Shown: positions 36,266 through 48,912, counted from the first letter of the whole stretch. The stretch is 63,270 nucleotides of DNA, filler included, from Rhabdomonas costata (GCA_019059605.1; 54 parts of 54 records of this genome joined end to end with filler, not necessarily neighbours in it); one strand, 5' to 3'. Notes: generated by a model not told the origin, from the sequence alone. Program-made: numbers and translations.

Positions 36266-36375
36266 CACCCAACACNNNNNNNNNNNNNNNNNNNNNNNNN
36301 NNNNNNNNNNNNNNNNNNNTTAATTAATTAANNNNNNNNNNNNNNNNNNNNNNNNNNNNNNNNNNNNNNNNNNNN

Positions 36376-36610
36376 TGGGGTTGGTAATGTTCTGGTTCAC
36401 CACGTTCACCGCCGCAGCCGTCATGGTCAGGAACTCTCCCTGCAGGGTGACATAGTTCGTCTTGAAGACCAGCCCGTAGCCCAGCGTGGGCAGGAAGGTG
36501 TACGCTGCATACACCGCCTCTGGGACATAGTCCACGGCGAGGGCGCTGCCCGTGGTGCCGTTCAGTGCGCGGCGGGTCGGGATGGCGGCGTTGGCGTCCC
36601 GGCCGCAAAA
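36376..36610 (-). CDS. Cache-like sensor domain exon
   Basis: PTRRALNGTTG...DY...VYAAYTFLPTLGYGLVFK fits the Cache AL.G..G...DY.G..V.AAY....LGWGLV.K pattern; CACAG acceptor. Confidence 0.75.
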
Positions 36611-36675
36611 CTGTGAGGCGCCAGCCCACACTAGTCGCAGAACAAAATACAGAGTGTGGGAACTGACTTCTTGGG

Positions 36676-37449
36676 ATGAGCGTCCTTGATGCGACAAGTT
36701 ATCAGACAGAGAAGGAGGAATGCGTCCAAACGGACAGGATCGTCAAAGTCAGCAGAGTGACAGATTGTATCATGGAGGAAACCGCCGACTCCAGCCGCCT
36801 CCTGATCGACTGGAGTATAGTCGCGGCAGAGAAGAAGAATTGCGAGAAAAAAAGAGCAACACAGGTTGGTGAGGCAGAAAAGGTTCCGAATCCCGCCAAC
36901 CGGCCAAACTATGGAACAGGGTCAGTTTTCAGAGTCTCTTTTTTTTGGGGGGGGGGTATCCAGCTCAAACGGTCCACGTTCCGATAGGTGGGCGTTGAGC
37001 TCGGTGCTAATGAGCGCCCACTGAGGTTGAATAAACATGGAGGCGCTGTGCTCATATAGGACGCGATGGCCTCACTGTCGGAGCTGGAAGAGTGGGAGGA
37101 TCCCTCGGACCTTCCCCACGGCTCGCTCAGATACATCCCCCCGGGGGTGCGGTCACAATGGACGGCGGCTCTTACGGCAGAGCTGAGTGGTTACCTCGTT
37201 GAGCGGTCCAGGCTTCGCGCTCGTCAGCTGGTTCGGATGCCCCGGTTGGTGATGTCTCCATGTGCCCGTGGTGGCAAGCGGCACGACCGGCAATTCAATC
37301 AGGTAATCGAGCGCCGCCTCAGAATGTGGATGCGCGGCCGTAGGATTGAACTTCTTCGTGAAGTCAGGGAAGAGTTCAAAAAGCAGCTTCTCAAGCGACG
37401 TGGCCGCAAGCCCGCAGCTGCCGCAGACGAGGTGTGCCACCCCCACCAC
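36676..37449 (+). mobile_element. CRE/SLACS-clade non-LTR retrotransposon fragment (region upstream of RT), degenerate
   Basis: RYIPPGVRSQW...L...QLVRMPRLVM...RGGKR...IERRLRMWMRG...ELL resembles the conserved pre-RT region of CRE-type elements; intronless, in-frame stops upstream; left boundary approximate. Confidence 0.7.
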
Positions 37450-38361
37450 NNNNNNNNNNNNNNNNNNNNNNNNNNNNNNNNNNNNNNNNNNNNTTAATTA
37501 ATTAANNNNNNNNNNNNNNNNNNNNNNNNNNNNNNNNNNNNNNNNNNNNTGTGGGGGGGTGTACGGTGCACCGATGGATGGGATGAATAGCTTTTCGATT
37601 CCGTTGGATCTCAATGTCGGTCTTTTTGCTGAGGATCTGACTTGATCCCGCCAGGATAGGTTGCCGCTCATAACTGAGCGTGTTTGTGTCATTTGTAGCG
37701 TTTTTAGGCGTTGAATTCTGTCAACTTTGATTTTCTTCCTTGGCTTGAATGCCTGCTTTGTGCCGAAGTTTTTTTTTGCTAAATGAATTTGCGCATCCCG
37801 AAAATGGGGGGAGGGGTGATGAACATAGGGGAGTACCCCGCTTGCTCCCTTCGAAGCAGGCAACGGCGGGAGATCTGAGGGTTGCCTCGTGGACAGATGG
37901 ACAGTCTTGGTTTGAGAGAGAACAAAACAATACTGAGGGCACGGCGAGCCCACCTCCCCGAAAGGGTGGCTTCACCTCCGAATACCTATAAGCTGGAATT
38001 GGTGAGAACAGTTCGCTGAACAAGTGTTTACTCGACCAATCTAGATTTGATCCTTCATTTTGTTCCGGCTTCAATGCAGCCTTTCGTTTTGAAACAAGTA
38101 CAGGTAAAGGCGTTTCAGATTGGAAACGGGCTGTGTGACAGCCTGGATGGTTTGTGTCGGCTGCTACAAAGCATCTTTTACGGTCACCATCACCGTTTCC
38201 CGTCGAGTAAGGTTCCCAAATAATGTTATTCGTGGAGAAGCCAAGCGGTGCCCACGCAGAGAGATTTTGAACTGCCCTCTCCCTTGTCCACATATCGGTT
38301 TTTGGAACGCGTTGGAACGTGCTAAGGTCATTTCGTTTTTACCGGGATTGTGTTCTCGCAG

Positions 38362-38498
38362 GACATGCTCGGCAAAGAGGCGCTGGAGCGCGGGCTGCGG
38401 TCCTCGGGCACCACCGTGATTGCCTCCTCTCACGACACCTACTTCGCCAAGGTTGTCGCCACGCGGATCCTTTGGCTGGCCGATGGTGTCCTGCGGGA
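38362..38498 (+). CDS. ABC-F family ATPase, C-terminal part of a nucleotide-binding domain
   Basis: DMLGKEALERGL...TVIASSHDTYFAKVVATRILWLADG (H-loop SHD.YF); CGCAG acceptor. Confidence 0.8.
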
Positions 38499-40400
38499 GG
38501 TCTGGACAAAGCCTGAGGCCGAGGGCCAGGCCTCTGCGACCATTACAAACGCAGCCGGGACCCCGTCGTTCTCCTCTTTCTCAACCCCGATCACGCCCAA
38601 CACAACCAAAAACCCACACACACNNNNNNNNNNNNNNNNNNNNNNNNNNNNNNNNNNNNNNNNNNNNTTAATTAATTAANNNNNNNNNNNNNNNNNNNNN
38701 NNNNNNNNNNNNNNNNNNNNNNNGGGGTGGTTGCAGAACAGCTGGTGTACCAGCTGGAGGTCTCTGTCTCCTCCCATATGAGGAGCATATAAGCGTCTAG
38801 GAGGAGCAGGAAGTCCGAGCAGTTCAAGAAAGCGTGAACAGCTTCTCGCGCCCTGCGGGCAGTTATGGCAAGCCATCGGTGACATACGTGGCCGCCCAGA
38901 GTCAGAGAAGCTCTATCCGCTTGGACATGATCTCTGGTGCGGTCGAGATGGACGATGATGAGGAGTGGCACTGGCGGTAGGTTGCGGACCGTGTGGTGCA
39001 GGAAGGCCAGGAACCCGAGGCCTGTGATCAGATGGTGGAAAACATGTCGCAGTCAGTACCACGATAGGATACCAGAATACCAGGATACCAGGATAACCTG
39101 GAGTGGAATGGACGGCAAGCGCTTTTCATCAGCTGACCTCTAGCAGCTTGCTTCTTCTCAAAGACCTGATCGACCCCTCGGAATGGCAGTCAGCAGCCAA
39201 CTCTGGATAGATGATCTAGGAGGAATGCCATTCCGAGCAGCTCACCATGACTCAGGCCACCACATGGTTGATCCATGGTGAGCGCACCAGGCGACGGTAA
39301 TACACCCCAAATGAAGACTTGGACCAACGGTTCCGGAAGTAGTGAGAGGCCTTCAATGACGCTCGTAGTAACCACCGGTACAAAGTGGTCGGTATGGTAA
39401 AAGGAGGAGCGCATCTTGGTCTACATTGCCAGCGGGCGGCGGTCTCGCCAACTGCAGCTGAGCTGGAAGTGGCAGATCAAGCACTTGAAGCGGAGCTCCC
39501 GGTAAGCGTACAGTGAGGACGAGGAAGAACGAGAAGACACGTCCATCCAGGAGACCTCCTCCTACGCACGTTAAGCAAAGCAGTCAGGCGTGAAATCGAG
39601 TATAACGCGCAGATAATGCTTGACAGGACGGAGATGTAGTTCGGTGTGGAGAAAAACAACGGGGGAACAACGAGAGCGATAGCAGCGATAGAAGAGAGAG
39701 CAAGAAGAGCGAGCAACCAACCAGGGGGTCTCGTGTGACACCTTCCATGTGCCGGTCCCCGACCTCACAGGCTAGGACCCAGGCAAAACCACAAACNNNN
39801 NNNNNNNNNNNNNNNNNNNNNNNNNNNNNNNNNNNNNNNNTTAATTAATTAANNNNNNNNNNNNNNNNNNNNNNNNNNNNNNNNNNNNNNNNNNNNCGTT
39901 TTGTTGACAAGTATACTTTGGAGGGCAGAGGATAGTGCCACGGCGGCCGGAGCGGGTGGCTGGTATGGGACGTTCCATGAGGTGAGCGTCTATCCGCTTA
40001 GCAGGCGGAAAACCGAGCTGGACCATATTTTGGCTAGGCTATTTTTGGGCAGGTAAACTGCGTCAGCTACCTCTAAACTTCTTTTACTGATCTCTTTTAG
40101 CAAATGGTTTTTGCGTATACTGTTCCAGCGCGTTCGAAAGATTATGACCGTTTAGCAGTGCCTAACGTATATCCATCCACCTCCTTCTTCAAAAAATGCA
40201 GGTTTTTTTAATTGAAGCCGTGGTGCTACTCGCAAATCAAACGGAACACTCCTGGTGATTGACCTTGGGGGGGAAGTGCATGGACTCCGGCGGAAAAAAA
40301 AGTGATCGATTTGAGTAACATCCAGCCGAGGGTGTTGGGTGGCCCGGCGGGCACCAGCTTGTGTGCATCGGTAATCATCGCCTCTGCCTTGCGCCATTAG

Positions 40401-40721
40401 GTGGGGTACAAGCAGAACCTTAACACCGTGGGCCAGGGCCAGGTCAACGCGGCCCAGGTCACCGGGCTGCTCACTCAGAATGTCTACCAGCGAAACCTCC
40501 AGGCCACCGCGATGAGTACGTTGACGCTGGTGAGTAGTCTTCTGGAGTACCTCGCGGGTCCCGGTGGGGTGCCCAACACCACGCTGGTGCAGATGATGAA
40601 CCAGGTCAATGCCAAGCAGGACCAGCCCGAGCGGGAGTTTGTGCTGAGCCAGAAGGCCAACAACAGCAAGGGCTTCGTGTTCCTGACCAACCTGACGTTC
40701 GCGGCGCGGTGCCTGGGCGGG
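40401..40721 (+). CDS. Exon of a putative Cache-repeat sensor protein
   Basis: High-GC3 321-nt exon (TTAG...GTATGG) ending EFVLSQK...GFVFLTNLTFAARCLGG; resembles the first half of the unit completed at 36610-36376. Confidence 0.55.
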
Positions 40722-41077
40722 GTATGGCGTCTCTGCTGTTTTTCCCTACGGTTTGGTAGGTCTGGAACGCCCGTGTCACTTCCTGGCTGTTTTTGTGCTA
40801 GCTGTGCTTGATGCAGTGAGTTCTGCTCCCTACGTAGGCTGGTGAGTCCACCGGGCACCACCGTTTGCGTGGAGCTTCGTCTTCTCCTTTCCAGAGGCTG
40901 GGCGTTGAACTCTCTAGTTTCTTTAGTTTGGTGAACTAGATCCTCGGTTGATCCAGATCACCAAACAAANNNNNNNNNNNNNNNNNNNNNNNNNNNNNNN
41001 NNNNNNNNNNNNNTTAATTAATTAANNNNNNNNNNNNNNNNNNNNNNNNNNNNNNNNNNNNNNNNNNNNGTTGTGTT

Positions 41078-41306
41078 TGCATACCGGATTATATTTCTAT
41101 TCAAATTTTACTCGCAAATGAACATCCATGGCCTAGCTCAAACGTACACCCGTGGTATGGGAAGCAATTTATGACCGTGAAAGATTTGCGAGCAACGAAA
41201 TGCCTGTTGGCAAGATTGCACCTTTCAGCAGCCACTGAACAGACATATTTGCCCATGGATGTTCATTTGCGAGTAAAATTTGAATAGAAATATAATCCGG
41301 TATGCA
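41078..41306. repeat. 54-bp perfect inverted repeat (41078-41131 / 41253-41306)
   Basis: Exact reverse-complement arms; the left arm lies at the contig start. Confidence 0.92.
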
Positions 41307-42037
41307 TGCACGACCAAATGTCCCGATTGAAAGCGCAACACTAAACTAGTTGCCTTTTCAATGCCAAAGACTGCTTGGTGTAATTCGTTGCTTTGGTTTC
41401 TTTTTTGCAATGTTTGTTTGATTTTTGTTGGCTGTGTTTTTGATTGATTGAATGGTGTCTTTCCACAGCTTCACGTTTTTTTCAGAAACGCGGAGGAGCC
41501 CCACACTGGTTGTGGGTGTGGTTATGCAACCGCACGAGGTGAAGCGGCAGGGCAGACAGCAGGAAGAAGCCACTGGCGCACCCGCACACTCAGACCCACA
41601 AATACCCGCCCATACACACATACACATTTCAACCCACAGCAAGGCAAAGCTGACATTGGGCTGCTCAGTCCTTCCCGGTCACTGCGAATTTCCCTTCGTT
41701 TTCAACTTGAACGGCAGATCAACCCAATCATCTCCGATCCGTGTCGGCAATGTCTGCTGAAGAAACGCGGCAGAAACGATGTGAGTTTCGAAATGTTCAT
41801 GGTGCCTCAAAAGAAATCGTTATTTCTTGGGGCCATATTGTTGTTCCCAAACCGTTGGCTCTCTTGATCGTTCTTGCATAAAATTGCCGTTCTCTCCGCC
41901 AAAGAAAACTGCACGTCGCATGCGTATTTTTTTGCCAGAAGATCCCGTGGACAATTTCACAGGAAGTCGTGCGGCGTAACTATACGTAGCGCACCCCCCC
42001 TACCAGTATTCTTGCGGCATAACTCGGGAATCCCAAA

Positions 42038-42076
<39 letters not shown>
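42038..42076 (+). repeat. (GA)n microsatellite
   Basis: Seen directly. Confidence 0.95.
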
Positions 42077-42080
<4 letters not shown>

Positions 42081-44807
42081 TGGCACAGTTCAAGATAAGG
42101 CTTCAAGAAGGTGAGGGAGGACGGCACCAAGGTCCCACACCCACNNNNNNNNNNNNNNNNNNNNNNNNNNNNNNNNNNNNNNNNNNNNTTAATTAATTAA
42201 NNNNNNNNNNNNNNNNNNNNNNNNNNNNNNNNNNNNNNNNNNNNTGTTTTCTACTATGTGATGGCCATCTTCACTGCGTTACGATGCCAATCCCTCCTTC
42301 ACATGGTATTCCATGTGACTACGCAAGGACGTAACGAGTGGAATCACATTATGGTGGTGGAACGAGTGGAGTAACACTTGTGGATGAAGTAAGAGGGACT
42401 CGACAAACGGAGAGGACCGACATGATGAATGCCTTGATGATACCCCATTCTTACTTGCTTGTCGTTCACTGCACTTATTTCGTAGATGTCTCATTCCACA
42501 TGACGAGTAACGCAGTGACGAGAGAAGCGAGCGGTGGCCATGAGGGCCTCTTCTCTTTTTCTTCTATATTAATGGTCGCTCCTTCGTCTCTACTACCATC
42601 ACTTCTTTGTGTGGTTCACTAGTTTCACTCAATGCACCTCATTTCATCATCAACAGTAATAGGGTCGCGCTCGGAGCGATCCACTTTGATTCACTCTCAA
42701 ATTTTGGTTTCTATGGCATCTTAGCGGTAGATTATCAACGTGTATCCCTAAGGTGGGTCATTCCTTACGTTTTGTGGTGTCATCTTCATCTCCATGGCAT
42801 CTTACCACAGGAGATAGCATGACATCCACCTTACACTCAACATCTTCAGCATATACGCATCAGAATAGCACCACAGATGACTGATGCAGGTTGAGCATGG
42901 GCATTTCAGCATATGCGTAAGCATCAGCTACCACCATCTCACTCTCTACTACAAACGTGGCATTTGTTGAATAAATCGGAGGTTGTGGTGAGTGGTGCTG
43001 ATGACATCAGCGTACCTTGCGGGCATCACTCATGGCAGCATCCCTACCTTCACTCTCCCTATGTCACCTTCCACGGTCACTTGTTGCAACGTTGGTAGTG
43101 GAGAGCAATGCTTAGCACTGCTGCTATGCATACCTTACCACCACCGCTACATCCGCGTGTTGACATCTCGCCCAATTACGTGGCTCTTATGACATCCACG
43201 CGCTTGGAGTGAAAATGAGCCACCATATGCTATTTACCTCTGAATATCCTCTTGCATCCTTCCAATTTGGCTTTCAAATGGAGCTTCTGCACAACCAACG
43301 AATCGTAACCACAAAACCNNNNNNNNNNNNNNNNNNNNNNNNNNNNNNNNNNNNNNNNNNNNTTAATTAATTAANNNNNNNNNNNNNNNNNNNNNNNNNN
43401 NNNNNNNNNNNNNNNNNNGGGGTTTGTTTCCCTGCAGACTGAGGAGGAGCCCAGTGAAGGTGAGGCGCGGCTAGCGCCGCGGGCTGCTTCCACTGCCCTT
43501 GGTATGCGGAGATCGCAAGCCAATTTGGAGAAAGAAACAGTGAGTGTAGTTGGGACGAAGGGACTTCCTGGATTTGTTGCGGTTCGGGTTGCTCCGATGA
43601 CTGGAATTGCTGCAAACTTGCATGTTTTCACCATGTTGAATGCCGTGTGGCCATGCTTGATTTTTGCGCCAACTCTACTCTCAAGCAACCGTCAGACATT
43701 TTTGCGCGTTGGCTGAGCCGATTGGCGTGATTAGGGGTCTTCTCGTTTCCTTTTTTATTTCGGATTTTCACGGGGTGCATCCATTGGTCTTGCTGGTATT
43801 TTTTCTCAGTCCCTGATCACTCCTGCGCCGGACTATAAACCTCAGGGGGGCTGAGCAGGGCAAGGGGGAGATTAATTCCCGCCTCGACAGAACATCTTCC
43901 AACCAAAACTCTACAAATCTCTAGAAGTGTTCATTGCTTCATAAAAACTCAAAATGAAGTTTCTTGAAAAATTTACAGAAATGGATTTTTTGTGAATGTT
44001 CACGAAGTGAGTTGGCGCATAAGCGCCAAACCGCTCCCTCTCCTCCGCACCCCTTCCCTCGAAATATTAAAGCCTTTTAATAGGAAAGGCGACCACGTAA
44101 GGTAAGAAAAGACGACCACAAAATCGGATGGGAGGGGGTGGTGTTGGAAAGTGCCTATCGGGGAAATACCGACTCTCAAGGACGCACACACGCACTGGGA
44201 CGCATCCACCAAGAGGGAGCATACACGTACTGGGACACGCATACGCATACGGAGGCGACGCGCGCACGCAGTGGGACACCACCCGATCTTTGGGTGCGCT
44301 GGGAGGGTCCTGCTCAGCAATAATCCGCTCTTTTGCCACCCTCACCTCAGATGCTGCCTCACGGGAAAACGCTCCAAGCTCTCCCGCAGACGCTGCCTCC
44401 CCTGCAACCGTCAACGTTGGAGCCGAGCTGCAGCCTCTGCGGAGGTCTCTTCTGCCTCCTCTTCCGCCCCCGCCTGCCGGGCCCCCAAAAACNNNNNNNN
44501 NNNNNNNNNNNNNNNNNNNNNNNNNNNNNNNNNNNNTTAATTAATTAANNNNNNNNNNNNNNNNNNNNNNNNNNNNNNNNNNNNNNNNNNNNGCGTTTTC
44601 AAAGGCTCGTGCGGTGCGTTCTGCTGCATCTATTTTTTTTGTGCATTTCCGCGGTTTGAGGGTGAGACATCTCGAATTTCTTTGGTTTCCACTACCTTTT
44701 GGGTTGGGGGGAGTGAGGGGGCGATCTCTCGTTTGTGCTCTGACTTTTTCGTTTCTTGTATGAGTGTGAGTGTCCCACTGATCCCATTGCGCTGTCCTTT
44801 TTCGTAG

Positions 44808-45151
44808 GTTTTGGCACGATGGACGCGGTCTGAGGAGACCCAGCGAAAGTCCATGAAGCTGCGCATCTACCGTGACTTCTCGTGTGGCCATGCTTCAACT
44901 CCTCTGCTTTTTCTGTTGCGCCATTCTTTTTCTCTGCTGTGTGGGGGTACGAACTTTTTTGCTATTGCTTTTTATATTGCACACCTGTTATCCGGAGAAT
45001 CAACTGACTTTATGGTTCACAGCCGCCATTGTCTTTTCTGTAGAGTCCGTACGGATGCCTGCCGCAATATGATTTCCACTTATGTCTCCAAGCTGACCGT
45101 CAGTGCCGACCGCAAGAAGATTGCTATCCAAGGCCTTTACTGGGAGAGGAG
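44808..45151 (+). CDS. Unknown protein, exons 44808-44881 and 45044-45151
   Basis: Phase-2 GT-AG intron joins VLARWTRSEETQRKSMKLRIYRDFS to VRTDACRNMISTYVSKL...; coding-like codons. Confidence 0.6.
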
Positions 45152-45808
45152 GTGTGCCTGAGTTCTGAGTTCTGCCCGTTCGGTTTTTCGCTGTGGTTAC
45201 TGGCCCTTCTTTTCTCGTCTGCAAAAGAAGATGGCCACTGGGTTATGAAAGAAATGACTTCGCTGGCACGTTGTGGTGGTGGCTGCATCGAAGTGTGCGA
45301 ATCTGTTTATGGGTAGAAATCCTCCCTTCCTTTTCATGGGATATGAAAATTAAACACTCGGCAAAACCCTCACTTTGAATGTCGAATCTGTCCATTTGGT
45401 TTCCATACTTCACATTTGTTTCATATTTTTCATACTTATCCACCTGTCTCGCTTACATTACTAGGATCCAAAAAAAAAACAGAAGCAACAGAACTTATGC
45501 GCAAACGTCAATCAGGGCAGATGCTGCCGAAATAGCCGCCGCTCTGAGGACAATCGGTCCTGAGCGATTCCTTTCCGGTTATCCTCTCGCTGCGTCCCTG
45601 CCTCGTTGGAACTGCACTGCATTTGGAAATGAACACCTCTCCTTATAAGATCTTCCCACCACACCCNNNNNNNNNNNNNNNNNNNNNNNNNNNNNNNNNN
45701 NNNNNNNNNNTTAATTAATTAANNNNNNNNNNNNNNNNNNNNNNNNNNNNNNNNNNNNNNNNNNNNCTTCAGTTTCCGTTTCCCATTTCCTTTGTGTGGT
45801 GTTCATAG

Positions 45809-46169
45809 GAAAAGTAGTGGAGCTCCCTACTTCAGTCCTTTGGAAGGTGATTTCGCGGTGGCTCGCGCTCTTCCTGGGCTTCCTTCTTCTCGGGCTTGCC
45901 CTGGGAGCAGCGGTGCTGTCCTTCGCGGGCCGTGGGACAGGCACTCACATCCTTCTCGGGCGACTCGTCCCTGAGGAGGTCTCCGGAGGGGCCCCACCTC
46001 TGAAGGCTACCAACCGGGTCTACCGCTACCACGTGCTTTCCAATGGGCTGCCGGCGTTACTTTGCAGCGACCCCTCGACGGAAACGGCTAGCGCTGCCAT
46101 GTCCGTCGGAGTGGGCTATGACCACGATCCTCGCGATACGATGGGTCTGGCCCATCTTCTGGAGCATAT
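45809..46169 (+). CDS. M16A insulinase/pitrilysin-family metallopeptidase with an N-terminal hydrophobic segment
   Basis: YRYHVLSNGLPALLCSDP..ASAAMSVGVG...GLAHLLEHM (inverted HxxEH); GTACGG donor at 46170. Confidence 0.92.
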
Positions 46170-47457
46170 GTACGGGCGGCTTTATTCATTTGCATCTGTC
46201 TTTTGCAGAGGGGGAGGAGGAGGAGAAGCTTCTCTTGGTTTGCTTCATATGTATGGCCTCAGTCGTTCAGTCATGTCGATATGCTGCATGCAGGTTCGTC
46301 TTCCCGTGTCACTTTCCCAATCGCACCCCTGCTTATGACACATCACTAGGTTAGCGGTACTCTTGCATTCTGTGCCAGTGTCTGGGCAAAATTCATTGGA
46401 GGACCTTCTCCGTTCCGGTTTGCATCTCCTACAGGCTGTTCCAGGGCTCCAAGAAGTTCCCTTCGTCTAACGAGGTGTGACGGTTGCCCTCCTTTGTACA
46501 ATGGTGGCAGCTTTGACTTGGAAAAATGAATTATAGAAGCAGAGCATTGAGGATAGCAGCGCGGTATGTACACGTGGGGTATGACGGGGTGCATTATTTT
46601 GTTGCTTGTGTTTTGTTGGGTGTTGCGGTGCTGCCGTGGCGGGACCCCCCCCCCGGCTGGAATGGTGCCAAGTGCAGGGGTGACGAGGGATAGCATTCCA
46701 GTGTATGCTGGAAAAATTCCCATGTAACCCAGTGCATCATCTTACTTGTCGAGTCCATATCCTACGTATACATACCGCGCTGCTATCCTCAATGCTCTGC
46801 TTCTATAATTCATTTTTCCAAGTCAAAGCTACCACCAACANNNNNNNNNNNNNNNNNNNNNNNNNNNNNNNNNNNNNNNNNNNNTTAATTAATTAANNNN
46901 NNNNNNNNNNNNNNNNNNNNNNNNNNNNNNNNNNNNNNNNGGTGGTGGGGGGGCGCAAAGGGTCGTGTCTCTGCGAGTGGAAAAGGAAGGGGCGGAGACG
47001 ACAATTGATGGGTTGTCATTTGCACTGCAGGATGCAAGGATGCAAACGTGGCACGACGGTCTCAAAATAGGGGCCAGTTGACACCAGAACCGGGAGAAGA
47101 AGGGGGTTGCAACCATGGCGCTGGGGGTTGTGGAGGGCTTTTTCTCGCCACTGAACTCCGTAGAGGTCTTTGCCTAGCGAGGTCAATTCAACACGGATGT
47201 CCTCCAGTGTCCAGCGTCCATCACAGCAGTACATAACTAATAGAGAGGGGGGAGGGACGAAAGACTGAAGAAGAGTAAAAAGAGAGAGAGAGAACTGCAG
47301 ACTTGTCATGCTGTTGCACGTGTTTACTGGTATAGAGGAAAAATGACGCACAAAGCAGCACGGGAGCAAGATGCACAAGAAGCACAAGAGCAGAATCCTT
47401 TTGGACGGAGTATGCACGCATCGTTTGCAGTGTGAATGCACAGCGCCAAGACAGGAC

Positions 47458-47643
47458 CTTCGCGCCGATCTTCTCCAGCTCCCGGGCGAACAGGTCACGG
47501 TCCTCCGTGATCTCGATGGCCCGCACCGGGGTTCCCAGGACTTGCACTCCGTACCGCTCCAGAATCCCGGAGCGCTCCAGCTCAATCCCACAGTTCAGCG
47601 CGGTCTGGCCACCAAACGTCAGCAGAATCCCATCAGGACGCTC
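47458..47643 (-). CDS. Carbamoyl-phosphate synthetase large chain / CAD exon
   Basis: ERPDGILLTFGGQTALNCG...VLGT...TEDRDLF; 186-nt exon bounded by AG and GT. Confidence 0.95.
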
Positions 47644-48189
47644 CTGATGAAAGAGAATCATTTGGAGATGAATTCGGGACAGCCACACAAACCAGGTCAG
47701 CTGGCGATAGCGACATGGCATATTAAAAAAAACTCCGCGCAACGGTGGTGGTGGTAGGCAAAAAGGTGTGGCCGAGGTTTTGGAGCTAGGAAGCATCCTT
47801 GATCCCTAACCATCCCTAATGCCCTTTCAGATATGCAGGCTTGGAACCTCAATACCGTTTTGCCATTGCTTCTGGGTGATGTCAAGAGCCATCCAAGAGA
47901 AAAAGATTTCTTTCACTTCTTTGGTGACCGATTAGCACGCGCACATTGGCTACCACTGGTCGTGATCTGCACGACCAACGTTGTGTCTGAATAAAACAAA
48001 CCTTCAAAAAAACANNNNNNNNNNNNNNNNNNNNNNNNNNNNNNNNNNNNNNNNNNNNTTAATTAATTAANNNNNNNNNNNNNNNNNNNNNNNNNNNNNN
48101 NNNNNNNNNNNNNNTTCAAGCCATCAGGAGGGTAAGGTCACACGTTTGTTTCCAATACAACTGCCCGTTTGTACTGTCGCTTTCTTCAG

Positions 48190-48547
48190 GCTTTGTCCGA
48201 GCGCCTGCTTCTGAACGTTCTTCCCCAACAAGTGGCGCAGGAGCTCCTGCTCCGGGCAGACCTCGTGCCAGGTCCCGTGTCTGGCGTGTCGGAGGACGCT
48301 CGGGGGGTGAGCCCGTCCTCCCGCCTGAGCTTGTCCTCTACGAGACCAGCTGGGCCGTTCAGCTCGGCGGACCTGCTGTGCTGTGAAACCCACCCCTGCG
48401 TCACGGTGTGCTTCGCCGACGTCGTGGGGTTCACGTCGAAGTGCCTGCAGGTGAGCGCGAAGGAGCTGGTGAGCACGCTGAATCAACTGTTCAGCTCGTT
48501 CGACCGGCTTTGCCTCAAGCACCGCGTGGAGAAGATCAAGACAATCG
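48190..48547 (+). CDS. Class III adenylate/guanylate cyclase exon
   Basis: SERLLLNVLP..VA...VTVCFADVVGFT...ELVSTLNQLFSSFD...VEKIKTIG; GTATGC donor. Confidence 0.95.
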
Positions 48548-48823
48548 GTATGCCATAGAAAATTGTCCGTTCGCCAGAGTAACGGTCATGCCTGGCTGTC
48601 AATATCCCATTTGAGAATGTGGGAGTGCGCGGTCCCGTGAGAAGTAATGGGTCAGGCCCGACGGAAAAGCGCATTTTCCGCAAGTAGTGAGAGGAAGGTT
48701 TGCAGATGGGGATCAAGGGAACAGTACAAGACTAGTTCAAGCTGAACATCAGAAAGTTCGAGTTGAAATGCGTGCGCTTCTCTGTGGATAATAGGGGTAT
48801 TAGTTATATTTGGCAGTTTTTTC

Positions 48824-48912
48824 GGGGACAGCTGCATCGCTCCCTAACCCCGTGCGAGACTAATTATCATGTCCCAGGGGACACGTACATCGCTCCCTAA
48901 CCCCCTGCGAGA
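48824..48912 (+). repeat. Two 36-bp imperfect direct repeats, period 53
   Basis: GGGGACA....CATCGCTCCCTAACCCC.TGCGAGA at 48824 and 48877. Confidence 0.85.

Noticed and set aside
38724-39796. Coding-looking but stop-riddled sequence (also 42245-43318)
   Set aside because: Probably decayed repeats, but no diagnostic motif was recognisable.
44619-44641. TTCTG....TCTATTTTTTTTG resembling the Euglena spliced leader
   Set aside because: The match relies on a T run, has internal mismatches, and lacks SL RNA gene context.
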